From assembly GCF_009914755.1 (NCBI RefSeq), contig NC_060929.1: a stretch of DNA of 64,000 nucleotides; one strand, written 5' to 3'. Source of the stretch: the human T2T-CHM13v2.0 reference genome, Homo sapiens. The notes below the pieces were generated by a model. That model was not told where the DNA came from. It worked only from the letters and a program-made list of their open reading frames with translations, and did not search any database. Made by a program: the position numbers and the translations under genes. Of this stretch, positions 15,020 through 29,737 are shown in pieces (the stretch's first letter is position 1; every line of letters starts with the position of its first letter).

Positions 15020-15371
15020 TTTTTTCTTTTTAGAGACAGAGTCTTGCTCTGTCACCCAGGCTGCAGTGCAGTGGCACAATCATAGCTCACTGCAGCCTGC
15101 AACCTCGAATTCCTGGACTCAAGTGATCCTCCAATCTCAGCCACCAGAGGAGCTAAGACTGAAGGCATGTGCCATCAAGCCCAGCTAATTTGTATACTTT
15201 TTCTTTTGTTTCTGTTTTTTTTTGTTGTTGTTGTTTTTTGTTTGTTTGCTTTTTTAGAAATGAATCTCACTATTTTGCCCAGGCTGGTCTCCAACTCCTG
15301 GCCTCAAGAGATCCTCATGCTTTAGCCTCCCAAAGTGCTGTGATTACAGACATGAAATACCACGTCTGGCC
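15020..15371 (-). mobile_element. AluJ with expanded T/G-rich central linker
   Basis: Antisense Alu with the AluJ-type motif atcatagctcactgcagcc; (TTG)/(TTTG) expansion at ~15198-15255. Confidence 0.9.
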
Positions 15372-17821
15372 CTGTGTTTGACTTGAAGGATCTTTCATAT
15401 GTACTTATTTTGATATTTTACATATCTAATTTTCTCTACTTATTAGTTTTGCTAAACTCAATTCATGTAGGATAACTAATAAACAGTGGATTTAGTACAG
15501 TGTTTTCACTCCCAGGTAACATTTACAAGAGGCCATCTTTGTCACTTCAGTCACCAATGAACATTACTCTTATTTCATCTTTGTTTTTGTTTGTCCATTT
15601 CTGACAGATTTTTTCCTCAACCGAACTTACTCCACTGGTTTGTTCTTTGTTTTACAATTAAGTGAGAGATACATCTCTGATAATTTTATAACCAGAGACA
15701 CCTTTATTTATTTGGTTTATGAGATTCATAAAACAACCAAATAAAACTAAAAATGCTCCTAAATTTGACCTAGAATGTGTTGGAATTTCTTCTTTGCTCA
15801 ATAGGAAAACTTTAAAATTTCCTATTGTTTAAATAGAAAGAACATGTTTGTGTGCAGACAACATACAACTGTGGTACAAAATGATGATGAACAGTTTTGT
15901 GACAGAGGTGAAAACAAAGTTTTGGGGAACAGTGAGAAGAAAATATGGATTTATTCTGACTGAACATGAGGAAAAACTTGACAAAAGAGGAAAAAACTTA
16001 AGTTAGCCTTAGTGGATGAGCAAATTTTTGACAGATGAGTATGTTAAAGAGTTTACTAGATATTCTAATATTTAAAAAATTGACTGTGCAACATTTTTGG
16101 CAGCTCTTTTTTTAATTAACTTTTTCCCGCTTAAGCTCTGGGCAGACATTTAGCAATTCATCTTCTAGTGCTGCAATGAAATAGGCAATTGTGATTAGAA
16201 TTGTTAATAGCTCAATGTGAGGATAAAATACAAAAAAGATAAAAGACACAAGTCTAAGATAATAAAAAGCCATAGTTCACCAGAGATTAGATTCCCCATA
16301 TTGCAGATTTTGCTATGTAGCCTTTAGTTAGGCATGAGACATCACTAAATGTATCCCATTTACTTGTTATGATGGTCTATTTAGGAAAAGAGAAAGCTAT
16401 AGTACTTTGATATTTTACCAGTTATACTCCAGTCTGGGAATAAACTTTCTCCAAGGAAGGTAAATTATTTCAATGTTCAATTGATAAAAAGATGGTTTTC
16501 TAAAATGTGCAGTTAATTATCCACTTGCTTTCAAAACAATGAATTCCCTTTGGCTCAAGTTTGCATCAAGATCACTTTATATTTTATTATCACATCATCA
16601 ATCTCCTTTTGTTCTCTATCTCATGAATCCCATCTATGCATTAACTTTCATGACAATATTCCAGTTTTAACTCAGTCATATTTTCTGTTGGTATGATTGT
16701 AAATTTAGAATATACTTATGCTATTTATTTTCACAAAAATTCCACATAAATAGGAAAAAAATCAGGGAGATTTTTGTGGGGAAATCAATATAGAAGATTT
16801 TCTTCCTGGCTTTAATATTTAGGAGATTTGTAATCTCCTGGGACAAAAAATGTCCCAGGAAGCAAATGTGCTCATTATGAAAGTCAAAATATCAGATATT
16901 TGCTAAACCTACTCTGATATTTTCTAGAACTAAACTATAAAATTATATATATCCAATGCAAGTATATAGTCTTTATTCACCTTTTACTAAAGAACCAAAT
17001 TTATGTACCATTTGAAATAATTTGAAGGAGATGTCTGCTTTGGAAATCAGGAGAAAACAACATGTTAAGGAGATCCTTATGTAAATGTGGGATCTCATGT
17101 TGTAACGACTTTGAAAGGACATATGACTACTCTAAACTTAGAATGAGTAATCCGTTTATTATTTTCATCCCTACCAAAGCCTATTCTAAGTCTAGGTCAA
17201 TAAGCTAAACTTCCTTAAAGAGTAGAGGAACAAACTAGTTAATGAATAGGATTTCTGCATGTAAACAGGAGCATAAAAAGTAGGCCTTGGAAGAGACAGT
17301 AGAGGTTCCAGAACCACTGAAATCTCTTGAAGGAACCGAACATGGTCATAAAGTTAGGCAGGAAGGTCATGGGCTAAATCCAGGAAACCATGTATTTGCA
17401 TTATACGAGCAGAAAGAACAAACTTACTGGACTCAGCCTTCAGCATTGCATTCGTTGTCATCTTGAGCTGCCAGATTAACTAAAAGATGCGAAAAGAAAT
17501 ACCGAAAAAAAGAGGGAGATCTGGACATGATTACTACCTGAAAAATTTGGCTGATGTTTAAACTTCATTTCTCCAAAAGTCTCAGGGAAAAACAACAGCT
17601 GTAAGACCGGAAAATTTCAGCAGCTTCCTGAAACTAACACAACATGTTTTGGAGTTTCATTCTGCTAAGTAGGAGGGATTTTGTAAATATTTTGTGCTTG
17701 ATGAAACTCTAGAAGGGTCAGGACTCATGAGTAAGAACGGTATTTTTCCTTAAGATAATATTCTTGCTTAAGAGATTTGCTTAAGCTATAAGATCAAAAT
17801 GGAAACTGACTTATTTTAACA

Positions 17822-18348
17822 CAGGGGTCCTCAGCCCCTGAGCCATGAACTAGTCACTGGTCCATGGCTTGTTAGGAACCAGGCAACACAGCAGGAGGTG
17901 AGTGGCAGGTGAGTGAGTGAAACTTCATCTGTATTTACAGCCACTCCTCATTACTCACATTACCGCCTGGGCTCCACCTCCTGTCAGATCAGCAGTGACA
18001 TTAGATTCTCATAGGCATTCAAATCTTATTACGAACTGTGCATACAAGGATATAGGTTGTTCACTCCTTATGAAAATCTAATGCCTGATGATCTGTCACT
18101 GTCTCCCATCACCCCCAAATGGAACCATCTAGCCTCAGGAAAACAAACTCAGGGCTCTCACTGATTATACATTATGGAAACTTGTATAATTATTTCATTA
18201 TGTATTACAATGTAACAATAATAGAAATAAAATGCATGATAAATGTAATGCACTTGAATCACCCTGAAACCATCCCCCGACCCTGGTCCATGGAAAAATA
18301 GTCTTCTATGAAAGTGAACCCTGGTGCAAAAAAGGTTGGGGACTGCTG
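17822..18348 (+). mobile_element. MER1A non-autonomous hAT-Charlie DNA transposon, full length
   Basis: TIRs CAGGGGTCCTCAGCC...GGTTGGGGACTGCTG; 8-bp TSD ttttaaca (17814-17821) / ctttaaca (18349-18356); 527 bp. Confidence 0.9.
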
Positions 18349-19221
18349 CTTTAACAAACCCAAAACCTAAAACTCCACAAAATAAACACTCACCAGTAGC
18401 TTAATTGCCCTCTAGGGCAAAACTCAAAAACTCTTAAAAGGATAATTTTAAAAAAACAGTTTAAAATGTATCATCTACAATTTTCAGTATGCTGTTAAAA
18501 AATAATAAAGATGTGGGAAAAAAAGAAACGTGAAAATGTGAAGAGGGAAGAGAAAAATCAGTCAATAGGAAAAGAATGATAGAAAACTATGATTTTAGAA
18601 TTAACCGATAAACATTATCACAAACTATGATAAATGTGTAAGTGAATCTTCAGAAAATTATGAGAATGCCAAGTAAACAGATTTGAACTATCAGAAGAGG
18701 TATGAAAAGTCTTAAAAATGGAATATTTAGGACAAAAATGTTACAAACAACAAAAAAAGCATTTTTGTATGGGATGAAATCTGTAAGAAAATAGGTGATT
18801 TTTAAAACATGGTAAACAATTTGGTTAACTATGTAATTATGTACCCCACAATTGTGGGATACACCTTGTTTCAAATATACAAGAAATGTTATAAAAATTG
18901 ATGGAATTCTGGGCATAAAGTAGCCTTTAGAAAATTAAACAAACTAAACTAAAACAAAAAAAAATGTGTTTTCTTACTACAATGCAGCCATTCTAGACAT
19001 CAGAAATAATATGTAAATAACTCACGGTTAAATACAAAATTAAAACAGAAATTTGATTTTTTTTTATGAATGATGGAACTGGTGGATTGTATCTTATTTT
19101 CAGGGAACTCTTTAACCCAAGCTGAAAATATCAGAAAAAAATAGTATTTTATTTTGTTTAAAAATCAGTGGCTAAGTATCCATCTCAATGTTATAATTCA
19201 CCACTGTGCCCACAGTCTTCT

Positions 19222-19792
19222 TGTGTTCTATCTATGGCTACATACCAATGTTACCCCAAACAGTGGTTAAACAACACACAATCATTATACCACAGTTTCT
19301 GTGGGTGTGGACTTGACACAGCTTAGCTGGATCTAATGTTTCAGAGTCTCACAGTCTCCACTGAAGGTGTCAGCTCAGACTTCAGTCTCTTCTCAACAGG
19401 GGAAATATCTGCTTTTGAGCCCACCAGGTTGTCAATAGATTAAATTCTCTGTTGCCTACTAAACTGGAGGGTTCATTTTCTTGCTGGCTTTCAGGTATTG
19501 GCCACCCTGGGTTCCTAGCTGCTTCTTGTCTGGAAAACCAGTTCTTTCCCACGTGGCCTTTCTCAGCATTGCCACTTATTTCATCTAAATCAACAAAGGA
19601 GAGAGTCCACTAATGAGAATAACGTTACAGCCTTATGAAACATAATCACAGAAGAGACATCTAGTCACCTTTGCCATAAGTTATTATTTAGAGCAAGTCA
19701 AAGATCCTGCCCACACTCAAAAGGAGAATGCTGAAGTGTGTGGAAACCATGAGGTAGGAATAATCAGAGACATCTTGGAATCTTTCTGACAC
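19222..19792 (-). mobile_element. MaLR MLT1-family solo LTR
   Basis: Antisense MLT1 motifs (ttaccccaaac; cacagtttctgtgggt; gcaagtcaaagatcctgcccacactcaa). Confidence 0.75.
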
Positions 19793-19814
19793 ACTTTTAG
19801 TATTTCTCCATATG

Positions 19815-20570
<756 letters not shown>

Positions 20571-20574
20571 TAAA

Positions 20575-22690
20575 ACCACATGGTCAAATCACAGAAGAAA
20601 AATCACAGAACTTCAGGAGATGCAGGAAAAGCATTTGTTAATATTCAGCAGCAAACATTGATTAACAATTTTAAAAATAACTATTTTTAATACTAAGAAT
20701 AAAAGGAAATTTAATCTGATAAAGCATATTCTCCAAAATATTGGAGCAAACATGAAGTCAAATGGTAAAACATTGAAAACTTTTCCTTAAAGATTTAGAA
20801 TAATACAATGTTGTTTCCTATCTTGTTATTTAATATTGAATAGGAGACCTAATAAAGTAAGGCAAGAAACACACATAAACACAGATGCACACACACACAC
20901 ACAGATATAGACTGGGGAAACAATTCTCATTAGAAACAAATGTCAAGAGTATTAACATATATAAAATTATCTACAGAAAAAGTGTTAGTATTAAGAGAAA
21001 TTAGCAAGTTTGATAAATTAAAAAATATATAAAAAAATCTATAGTCAAATATTCCAAAGAGAAGTATGAGAATATGAAATTTATTAGCATTAACTTAATA
21101 AATCTATGGAATCAATGCAATTGCAATCAAAATCTCAATGTGCTCAGTGTGTGTGTTTGTGTGTGTGAAAGTGGACAGAGAAAAGAAGAGAGTGCACACA
21201 CATGGGTGATACAGAAAGCTAATTCTAATGGAAACACAGGGCACTAAGAATGGCCAAGCTACTTTACTGAAGAAGAATGCCAAGGTGTGAAAAGTTGTTC
21301 TACCATACATCAATATTGATTATAAAGCTATAGAAATTAATACAGTGTGCTAGTGGATAGCTGAATGAGCAAATGGTAAAATATAGATACACACAGATAC
21401 ACAGACACTTGATTTAGGACAAAAGAATGCAAAGAGCCACAGAAAGATATTATTATAAATAAATGGTTCTAAGTCAATTGGATATTGTAGCAGAAGAAAA
21501 TGAACCTTGACTTCAAACACACGATATACAGGAAATGTTTAGTGTAAAATGTAATGACTTTTAATATGAAAGGCAAAATCTTAAATCTTCTAGAAAATAA
21601 AATAGAACATGTTTTTGATATTGGGAGTAGGCAGAGTGTTAGCCACAAAACACTAGACTACATTTTTGTCTAAAATAAAAGACTACATTGATATAGTCTT
21701 TTAAATTTTAAACATTTCAACTTAACACATAAGTAGTTTATATATAAAATATAGTTAAAATGTATACATACCAATAAGTAAAAGAAAGGCAACACAATAT
21801 AACAGTGGGCAATAGGAGTAAATAGAACCTTTAAAATATAGATAATCCAAAATGACCAGTACTTCTATCCAAAAGTAATTCCTCTCATTAATAATCAAGG
21901 AGCTGGGCACGGTGGCTCAAGCCTGTAATCCCAGCACTTTGGGAGGCCAAGAAGGGCAGATCATGAGGTCAGGAGATCGAGATCATCCTGGCTAACACGG
22001 TGAAACCCCATCTTTACTAAAAACACAAAAAGTAGCTGGGCATGGTGGCGGGAGCCTGTAGTCCCAGCTGCTCAGGAGGCTGAGGCAGGAGAATTGCTCG
22101 AACTGGGAAGCGGAGGTTGCAGTGAGTCGAGATCTTGCCACTGCACTTCAGCCTGGGTGACAGAGCAAGACTCTGTCTCAAAATAAATAAATAAATAATC
22201 AAGGAAAAGCAAATTAAAACCACACTGAAATGGAAAAAATTAAAATAGACATCACTGTCGATGTGGATGTTGCACAGTAACTTATATACTCTGCAGATGG
22301 GAGGATAAATAGAGACAATTGGTATCTAAAAATAACTATAGGCAGTATCTAGTAAAGCCAAAAATATGCATATCCTATGTCTCAGCACTCCTTTGTATAA
22401 ATGCAACAAAATGCATACATATGTTCTACAAGAGATATATACAAGAATGTTCAAGCAGCACTAATTGTAACAGCCATAATTAGAAACAACTCAATAGTTT
22501 ATAACCAGTAGAATGGCTATATTTTGAAATATTTATTCAATAGAACATTAATTTGTAATGAGAATGAATAAACTCTTACTGCATGCAGCAATATGGATAA
22601 ATCTCACAAACATGTTGAAAAACAAAACCTAGAAACAAAGAAATATACTCTGTGCAATTCATTTATAAGATTTTGGAAAAGTGGCAAAAG

Positions 22691-22723
<33 letters not shown>

Positions 22724-22920
22724 CAGTCCTAGAACTTAGAATAATGGTTATCTTTGCAGAGAAGTAGAAACTGGAAGGGAGTAAGAGGAAGCTTCTAGGG
22801 TGTTGGTGCGTTCTAGTTCTTGATCAGGGTACAGAATAAGTGGGAATTTTCACTGTGTGGAAATCCACAAAGATGTATAATTGCTATTTTCACTCCACCT
22901 AAGTTGTATGTCATGCTTTA
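20575..22920 (+). mobile_element. Old L1ME-type ORF2/3' UTR remnant, interrupted by an Alu
   Basis: Degenerate ORF2 motifs (gatgcaggaaaagcatttg; aatcaatgcaattgcaatcaaaatctca; tataaagctatagaaattaatacagtgtg) and an L1ME-like 3' UTR (atatggataaatctcacaaacatgttg). Confidence 0.7.
21902..22193 (+). mobile_element. Alu (AluSc-like)
   Basis: gatcatgaggtcaggagatcgaga..ggctaacacgg diagnostics; TSD aataatcaagga on both sides. Confidence 0.95.
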
Positions 22921-25481
22921 ATTTTTCATTTTTAAGCTGATATTATCAAGCACTGGCAAGAAGAAGCACATAAAGAATTGTAAAGTACTGCTGGGAAGAA
23001 TTAGAATTGTTATGACTACATTAGAAAATAATTTATCATGAATTATTATATAGAATGCATAAACTTATGACTCAGAAATCATACTCTATGGTTGCCAAGT
23101 ATGAACATGTGCACAAGTGGACATTAAGTAACAAGTTAAGAGGAGCATTTTAATCACAGCATCAAGAATTAACCAAGAACTTCACAAAAATCAAATAAAT
23201 GATTGTGGCATACCCATACAATGCATGAAACACTATCTGGCCACAATAATAAATGGATCCAAGCCACAGGCAACAACTTTAATCATAAAAGCCTAACTTT
23301 CAATAAAAAATTAACAACTATGTGGTTCTATTCTCCATAAAAGGCCAAATGAAACCCTATTGCAAAGTACAAGGAAAAACAAGGAAGCGGTTTCTGTAGA
23401 ATTCAAACAGGTCATGTGAAACATACTCTGGAATGTAACTTAAAGTTTTAACACATGCTTGTAGATAAAAATGCAAACTTTAATTAACGCATAAATAAAA
23501 GCATCTACATCAGTGACAATAATAATAATAATATAAACAGTAATAACGTTTCTAGCAGTTAGACTTCTATGTGTAAGAGCACTGTGATATAGAAGTAATA
23601 ATAACCAACATTCTACAATGCTTTAAATTTATACGTCCATTACCTCATTATTGAAAAAAGTTATATAATTAATAGCATCACTAGAAGGATTAAACTGTAG
23701 CACTTCTGACATTAAATCTTGGACTTCCAGGGTCCATATAATTAAAATCCAAAGTCCTTTAACTTCAAGTCGGCTGTCACAGGTAAGTGGGATTAAGACA
23801 ATTCTTGGAGTTCTGTTTCTTACATTAAAATAAAGAAATTATACTAGATGTTCACAAGCATACATTTTGATTTTAAATCTCTATTTCTACACCAGTATAT
23901 GTATATTTTTTCTTTTTGGAAATTAATATATTTGCTCAGTGACAAGCCAAGTAAGATGAAATGTGTAATTTTCAAAGATAACTATAGAAAAACAGTGATT
24001 TTATATTTCGATTAACTAACTTAAAATAATATATTACTATGATTCACCAGGAAGATTTTGTTTCTATTCTAAGGGTTTTTAAATGAAAATAACACTTTAA
24101 AGATGATCTCTGAAATCCAAGAGGAGCCCAGAAAAGTATGGAAATTAAATATTGTGATGTTTAAAATCATCATTTAGGATCTAGTACTCATATGCAGTAC
24201 CTTTAGTACGACCCATCAGGACAATTACTCCTCATTCAATTAAATGAAGTTTCATACAAATCTTTACTCCACTCTTAGTTTTATCTCTCCAGGAGCAAAT
24301 GATTGTATTTTCTTGTTTGCTATTAATATTTGGTCAAAGAAAGAGAGGAGAGAGTTACATCACTTTATTTTTAGAGTATTTCATTTCATGCCAATTGTTT
24401 CCTACGCCTTTGACACAAACAGCTGAAATTTCATTATAATATTCATCCTTTACACCACATCACTGTGGTATTTCTTCTTGTTCATTTCATATGCCATGTG
24501 TTATGACCCATGAAAAGGAAAAGTTCATTTAGCGAGTGCAAATACAATTCTGTTACTATATAGGGATATGGAGTAGGAGATACCAGGTGCATCACTTTCT
24601 GAGAAAAATGCTTCAGTTTAGAGAGTGCTTCCTAACACAGTCAGAGTATAGGAAGTAAAGTGTCACTTCCCTAGATACTAAATTTTCTTCCAGTAAGCTG
24701 GTGATTACAGCACATGCAGTCATGATTCATTATGACATGTTCTTCATGTTTGTATCTCTCTACAACTTGAGTATAATTGTTAGAGAAGAAAATAACACCA
24801 TAAAAACATCTCTGAGTAATTAAACAAGACCTTAATAAGTAACCTCACAGGAGTGATCTGTTTTATGCACATCACTCCTTGATATCTGATTAATGAAAGT
24901 TTCAGGACTCTGTAAACTTGCAGAGTTTGGTTACAATTGAAACTGCAGAGTTTTAGCCGATGTAATTATTCATGTGATATAATCTGGACACAGATTTCCT
25001 ACCTGTCCTTGACAACCTCAGTGATGAGTTACCTACTAACGACTCTTACTTTAACAGGTGAATAAAGGACTGAGCAGAGCCAAATAGAAGAAAATGGGCT
25101 ACTTATGGTCCCTTGGGCTAGAAGGAAGCCAAGCAAAAGAGAAAGAATCCCAAGGTTACTGAGTCTGACTTTTAAGAAGCAACCATAAAAGCAAAACATT
25201 AGGATGATTTGTCATCATACTTCGAAAGTGATGATGAGAAACCTTGTTCTAAGTAGTTACAACAAAGCTACCCCATCTCATTGTCCTGGGGGGATTAAAT
25301 GTCAAATTAAATAGTAGATCTTGGACTACTCTCCGTATTTGATTTATGAGACTAGTGTGTACTGGAATAATTGTGAGAATTCCAAAGGATACAGGGAGGC
25401 TTTGGGTAAAACAAATGAAGGAATTCTTCCTTTAAATTTACGAACCTTAGAGTGAACATTCATCACTGTGGTCTCTGTAGA

Positions 25482-26667
25482 TAAATTTCTGAGTCATAGA
25501 CCTGCTGCTGTCTCAGTAGGCATGCTGTCATGGAGAGAATTTGGGAATTCCGTTGTTCTTAGAGTAAAACTTTAAAAATTCCAGGGAGTTCGAGTAGTTA
25601 TAGATTTGAGAAATATGAATCCATGAGAGTAGATTCATTAACTTCAGTGTTTACTCATAAAGAAAACAGTATTAGTCCTAAAAGCAAAGAAAGCACCAAT
25701 TGAGGCTCAGGAGAATTTGCTAGGAATATGACAGAATAACATTTACAAGCCCATGTTTTGGAAAGATCTTAATAAAATTAAATATTGGCTTCCAGAATTG
25801 GAAAATTATGCACATTTTTTAAATTTTTATTTTCAACATTTTAAGCCTTTAATTGTACTCTTGAAATATAAACTTGAAGGCTGATGTTATTTTTATAAAG
25901 GCATTTTGCCTATACTTTGACCATAAATGGAGATATATGACATCAATTTAATGAACTACCTGAATATTCCCATTTGTTGTAATGTATTAAGAGGAGTTCA
26001 TAAATAATAGGACCAGCAGTTCTTCAGTTTTAATGGCCCCACTCATAGGATACCATTGCAATTAATTCCCTTCTATTATAATTAATTCCAACATTTGCAT
26101 TTAAATGCAACATTTTGCATTAAGTATCTTTTTTTTTTTTTTTTTGCTTGAGAAATGGAAAAAAAATAAGGCCACATTGAAGTTTGGGAAAATGTAAGAA
26201 TAAAACTAAACAAAAAGTATTATTTTTCTATGGCTGAAATATTAATAAGCTTTAAACAAAGCTAATGGCAATTTTTTTTTCAGAGAATACAAATTTATAT
26301 TAATCAGTTTTATTTCCTTCTGTGGAATGTATTTCTTTAAAATATTTATGTTTTATTATTAATTTAAAAATGTGCACTGATAAATTTGGGCATTTTTCAA
26401 AATCTACGCCTCTGGTTGTGTGTGTTAGCCCGATAATTTAATTATTACACAACATTTTAAATTTTTTTTAATTTTGATAAATGCAATAATAGTTGCTAAT
26501 GTTTAAATTTCTAAATCACACATCTGCTGCTCTCTTAGTAGGCATGGTGCAAGGTAGATCTGGGAATTTTATTGCCCTTATAGTGGAACTCTCAAAATTT
26601 CAGGAAGTTTAAGTAGTTACAGATTTGCAAAATAGGGATACATGAGCATAAATTCATTAACTTCAGT
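25482..26667 (+). repeat. Pair of diverged ~165-bp direct repeats (25482-25648 and 26504-26667)
   Basis: Colinear alignment by eye from taaatttct..ctgctgct..agtaggcatg..tgggaatt..agtagtta.agatttg to attcattaacttcagt. Confidence 0.85.
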
Positions 26668-28569
26668 TTTTGAAGTTACAATTTTATAAGCAAAGGGAAA
26701 TAAAATTACAGAAAAATAACTTTATAGTAGTAAAGCCAATCAAAAACAAAATTTGTGATATTAATATTATAGTTAATGATCATATTAACATTTCTTTCAA
26801 TTAAATATCTTAAAAGCAAAATTTCTAGAATAAAGCTTCTAAGCAAAATTTATTTTTACATTTAATTTAAGGAGCAAAAGACAATTCATAAGAAATCAAG
26901 GATCAAAGATTTGTTTCTATATACAATTTCACAGTATACCTTGGGGACAGTACCTATCTGGCCCACTCACTTTCCATTTTTACAATCCATTTATAGTCTT
27001 ATACAATAAAAGACAGTGTAAAACCCAAGTCATCAAAGAAAGACTTAGCAATTACTTTTAGCAGAATTAACTACCATACCAGGAAAAGCAACCAACTGAT
27101 TTAAGAAAGACTTTCAACCAAAAACTTTGGGGAAAAATCATGTTTTTGTTTTTTTTATTTTTTTACCCAAAGGCTAATAAGAGGAGTCCAGGCTATTGCA
27201 CAGTTTAATATATGGCAACTATGGCTTAAAATATGATGATCATGACAAGACAATTGTACTTCTGCTCCCAAGATTATCCTTATCTCTTTACACTCCAGCA
27301 CGGTCACTGGCACCACCTACCACCCGATTAGGGGCTCCCATTCTAAGTGTTGTTTGAATGGTTTCATGAAGTCTGGAGAATACTGGCTGCAATATCGTAT
27401 CAAAACAACTTCACGTTACAGGCCAAAGAAAAAGGCTTTTAGCTGTCAACTCTTTTTCATTCCCTTTCCGATGGGAAAAGTCATTAGGTCATTTTGTCTT
27501 CACTTTTGAAGATCAAGATGGTAGGACTTCAATAGGATGGGAGTTTACAAATTGTATTTCTCTGAACAAGCAGTGAAAGTGACAACTTTCTGATTACACT
27601 GCCTTGGACAATATATTAAATTATAAAAAGTGCCCAATTCTGAAAGATTCTGGTTATATTGTACGTTATACCTCAATCATTTTATATAAAAATATTATCT
27701 GAGAGAGAAAAACTATGTGTAAAGATATAAGGCAATGGAGAATAAAATTTGCTGAAATCGTACATAAAGTAAATCTCATTCTTTCTTTCTAAAGATATAA
27801 CTTTGGGCCAAATTTAGTGTAAAGTCTCAAGCACGGGACATTTACTATACTTCCAATACTTAAATTGTAGAACAAACTAACGGTTCACTTAAGATTGCCA
27901 GGCCTCCCCTGTAGGTCTGAACTCTGTCTTATGACATATAAAGGATGTAACATAGGTCACCTTAAAAACATCTAAGGAAATCAGAACTTGTGTGCTCAGG
28001 GAATGCATACTCTAAGCTAGTCATCACTGACATTTTTCTGCTCCTCAAGCCTTCTCTGTCACCTGCTATGTTAATCTTTTCACAATTTGCCTATGACCCT
28101 TGGTTAAGGCCTTTTGCGAGTATAACAGCATAAGTACTGGGCATGTACATGCGGCACAACATTTATATTGTATATAAGCTGAATCTGCAACAATGGCATA
28201 AGTACACCTAATCTTGACAAACCCAATGAGGAGTGTGGAAAATTCTAAAGAGCCAACTTATTCAATACGTAAGGCCATTACATACATTATATTGTTATGT
28301 CAATTTAATTATTTACTTTCTCCATTGTTCTACAGCTTTCTGAAATTTATAATGAGCTTATGTGAAACTATATAGTAATATTGCTACTCCAGTTTATGCA
28401 AATTTATGTGCAAGGCAAGTTGTAGAGCTAATGGATAAGCTTGACTACAAATTCTTCATCTACATTAGATAGTGCAGTTGCAACACAAATTGTGTGATCA
28501 TAGAAATACTGCTCATGTCCTTTTAAACCATTTAAAATTTGTGAACTGTATTTCCCCAAAACACACGAA

Positions 28570-29265
28570 AACTCTGCCCAAGGCCTTGGGAGCCCGTCTC
28601 TTGCACTAGTGTGCCCTGGATGTAGGACATGGAGTCAAATGAGATTATTTTGAAGCTTTAAGATTTAATGACTGCTATTCTGGGTTTCAAAATTGCATAG
28701 GGCCTGTAGTCCCTTTCTTTCAGTGGATTTCTCCCTTTTGGGAATGGAATGTTTACCAAACACCTATACCCCCATTGTATCTTGGAAGTAAATAACTTGC
28801 CTTTGATTTTATGGGCCCATAGGTGGAAGGGACTTGCTATGTTTCAGATGAGGCTTTGGATTTTGGACTTCTGAGTTAATGCTGGAATGAGTTAAGTCTT
28901 CGAGGGACTATTGGGAAGGTTTGATTGTATTTTGCAGTGCGAGAAGGAAATGAGATGTGGGAGGGGCTAGAGAGAGAATGATATGGTTTGGATATTTATG
29001 CCCATCCAAATCTCATATTGAATTGTAATTTCTCATGCTGGATGTGCGGTCTGGTGGGAGGTGTTTGGATTACAGGGGTGGATCCCTCATGACTTGGTAC
29101 TATCTTCATGATGGTGAGTTCTCACGAGATCTGGTCATTTGCACCTGCCAACCCTACTCTCTGTCTCTCTGTCTCTCCTTCCCTCCCTCCCTCTGTCTCT
29201 TGCTTTCTCCATGTGATGTGCCTGCTCTTGCTTTGCCTTCTTCCTGAGTAAAACCTCCCTGAGCT
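28570..29265 (+). mobile_element. MaLR MST internal 3' segment plus partial MSTA/B LTR (LTR starts at 28979)
   Basis: MST-int motifs (cccaaggccttgggagccc; gactgc; gagttaatgctggaatgagttaag), polypurine tract gaggggctagagagagaa, then TGATATGGTTTGGATATTT. Confidence 0.85.
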
Positions 29266-29544
29266 TGACCTAATAAATATGTAGAAATGAAACAGACTAC
29301 GCTACATTTCTATAACCACTATTTACATTATTTTGATTAAGATATACACATTTCTCTAAGATACAAAGAACTTTTTTTAAAGGGCTGCAAAATTCATCCA
29401 GTAACAGAATACTACTCAGCGCTCTTCGATACATTTTGAGTATGGAAAGATTGTCATACGGGTCCTCTTCTCAGAGGAAGTTACATGTTTTCCTTGGGAA
29501 TGTATAGATCGTGAAATGATTTCAATACCAAGAAAACACAGCAT

Positions 29545-29737
29545 AGTAATATTTTTCAAAGTCTAGCCTTCAGATCACCTCCGTGGGATCACCTGTTGAG
29601 CTTACTAAGGACCTAGTATTTTGGACTGCCCCCTCACCCCTCTTAATCATATAGTCCCTGAGGATGGAGATATATATTTTGCATTGTAAAGAAACTCTCT
29701 AGCTGATTCTTATGTGCACTATGAATTAACAACCAGC
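29545..29737. mobile_element. MER5A-like hAT MITE
   Basis: ttttcaaagt..gatcacct..ctgattcttatgtgcac..aaccag pattern, ~190 bp. Confidence 0.55.

Noticed and set aside
26128-26145. Isolated poly-T run as a possible processed-pseudogene tail
   Set aside because: No polyA signal at the right distance on the minus strand, no TSD and no ORF.
27288-27401. Short minus-strand open frame (..LHETIQTTLRMGAPNRVVGGASDRAGV*)
   Set aside because: Under 40 codons, stops upstream, no recognisable homology and no clear acceptor.
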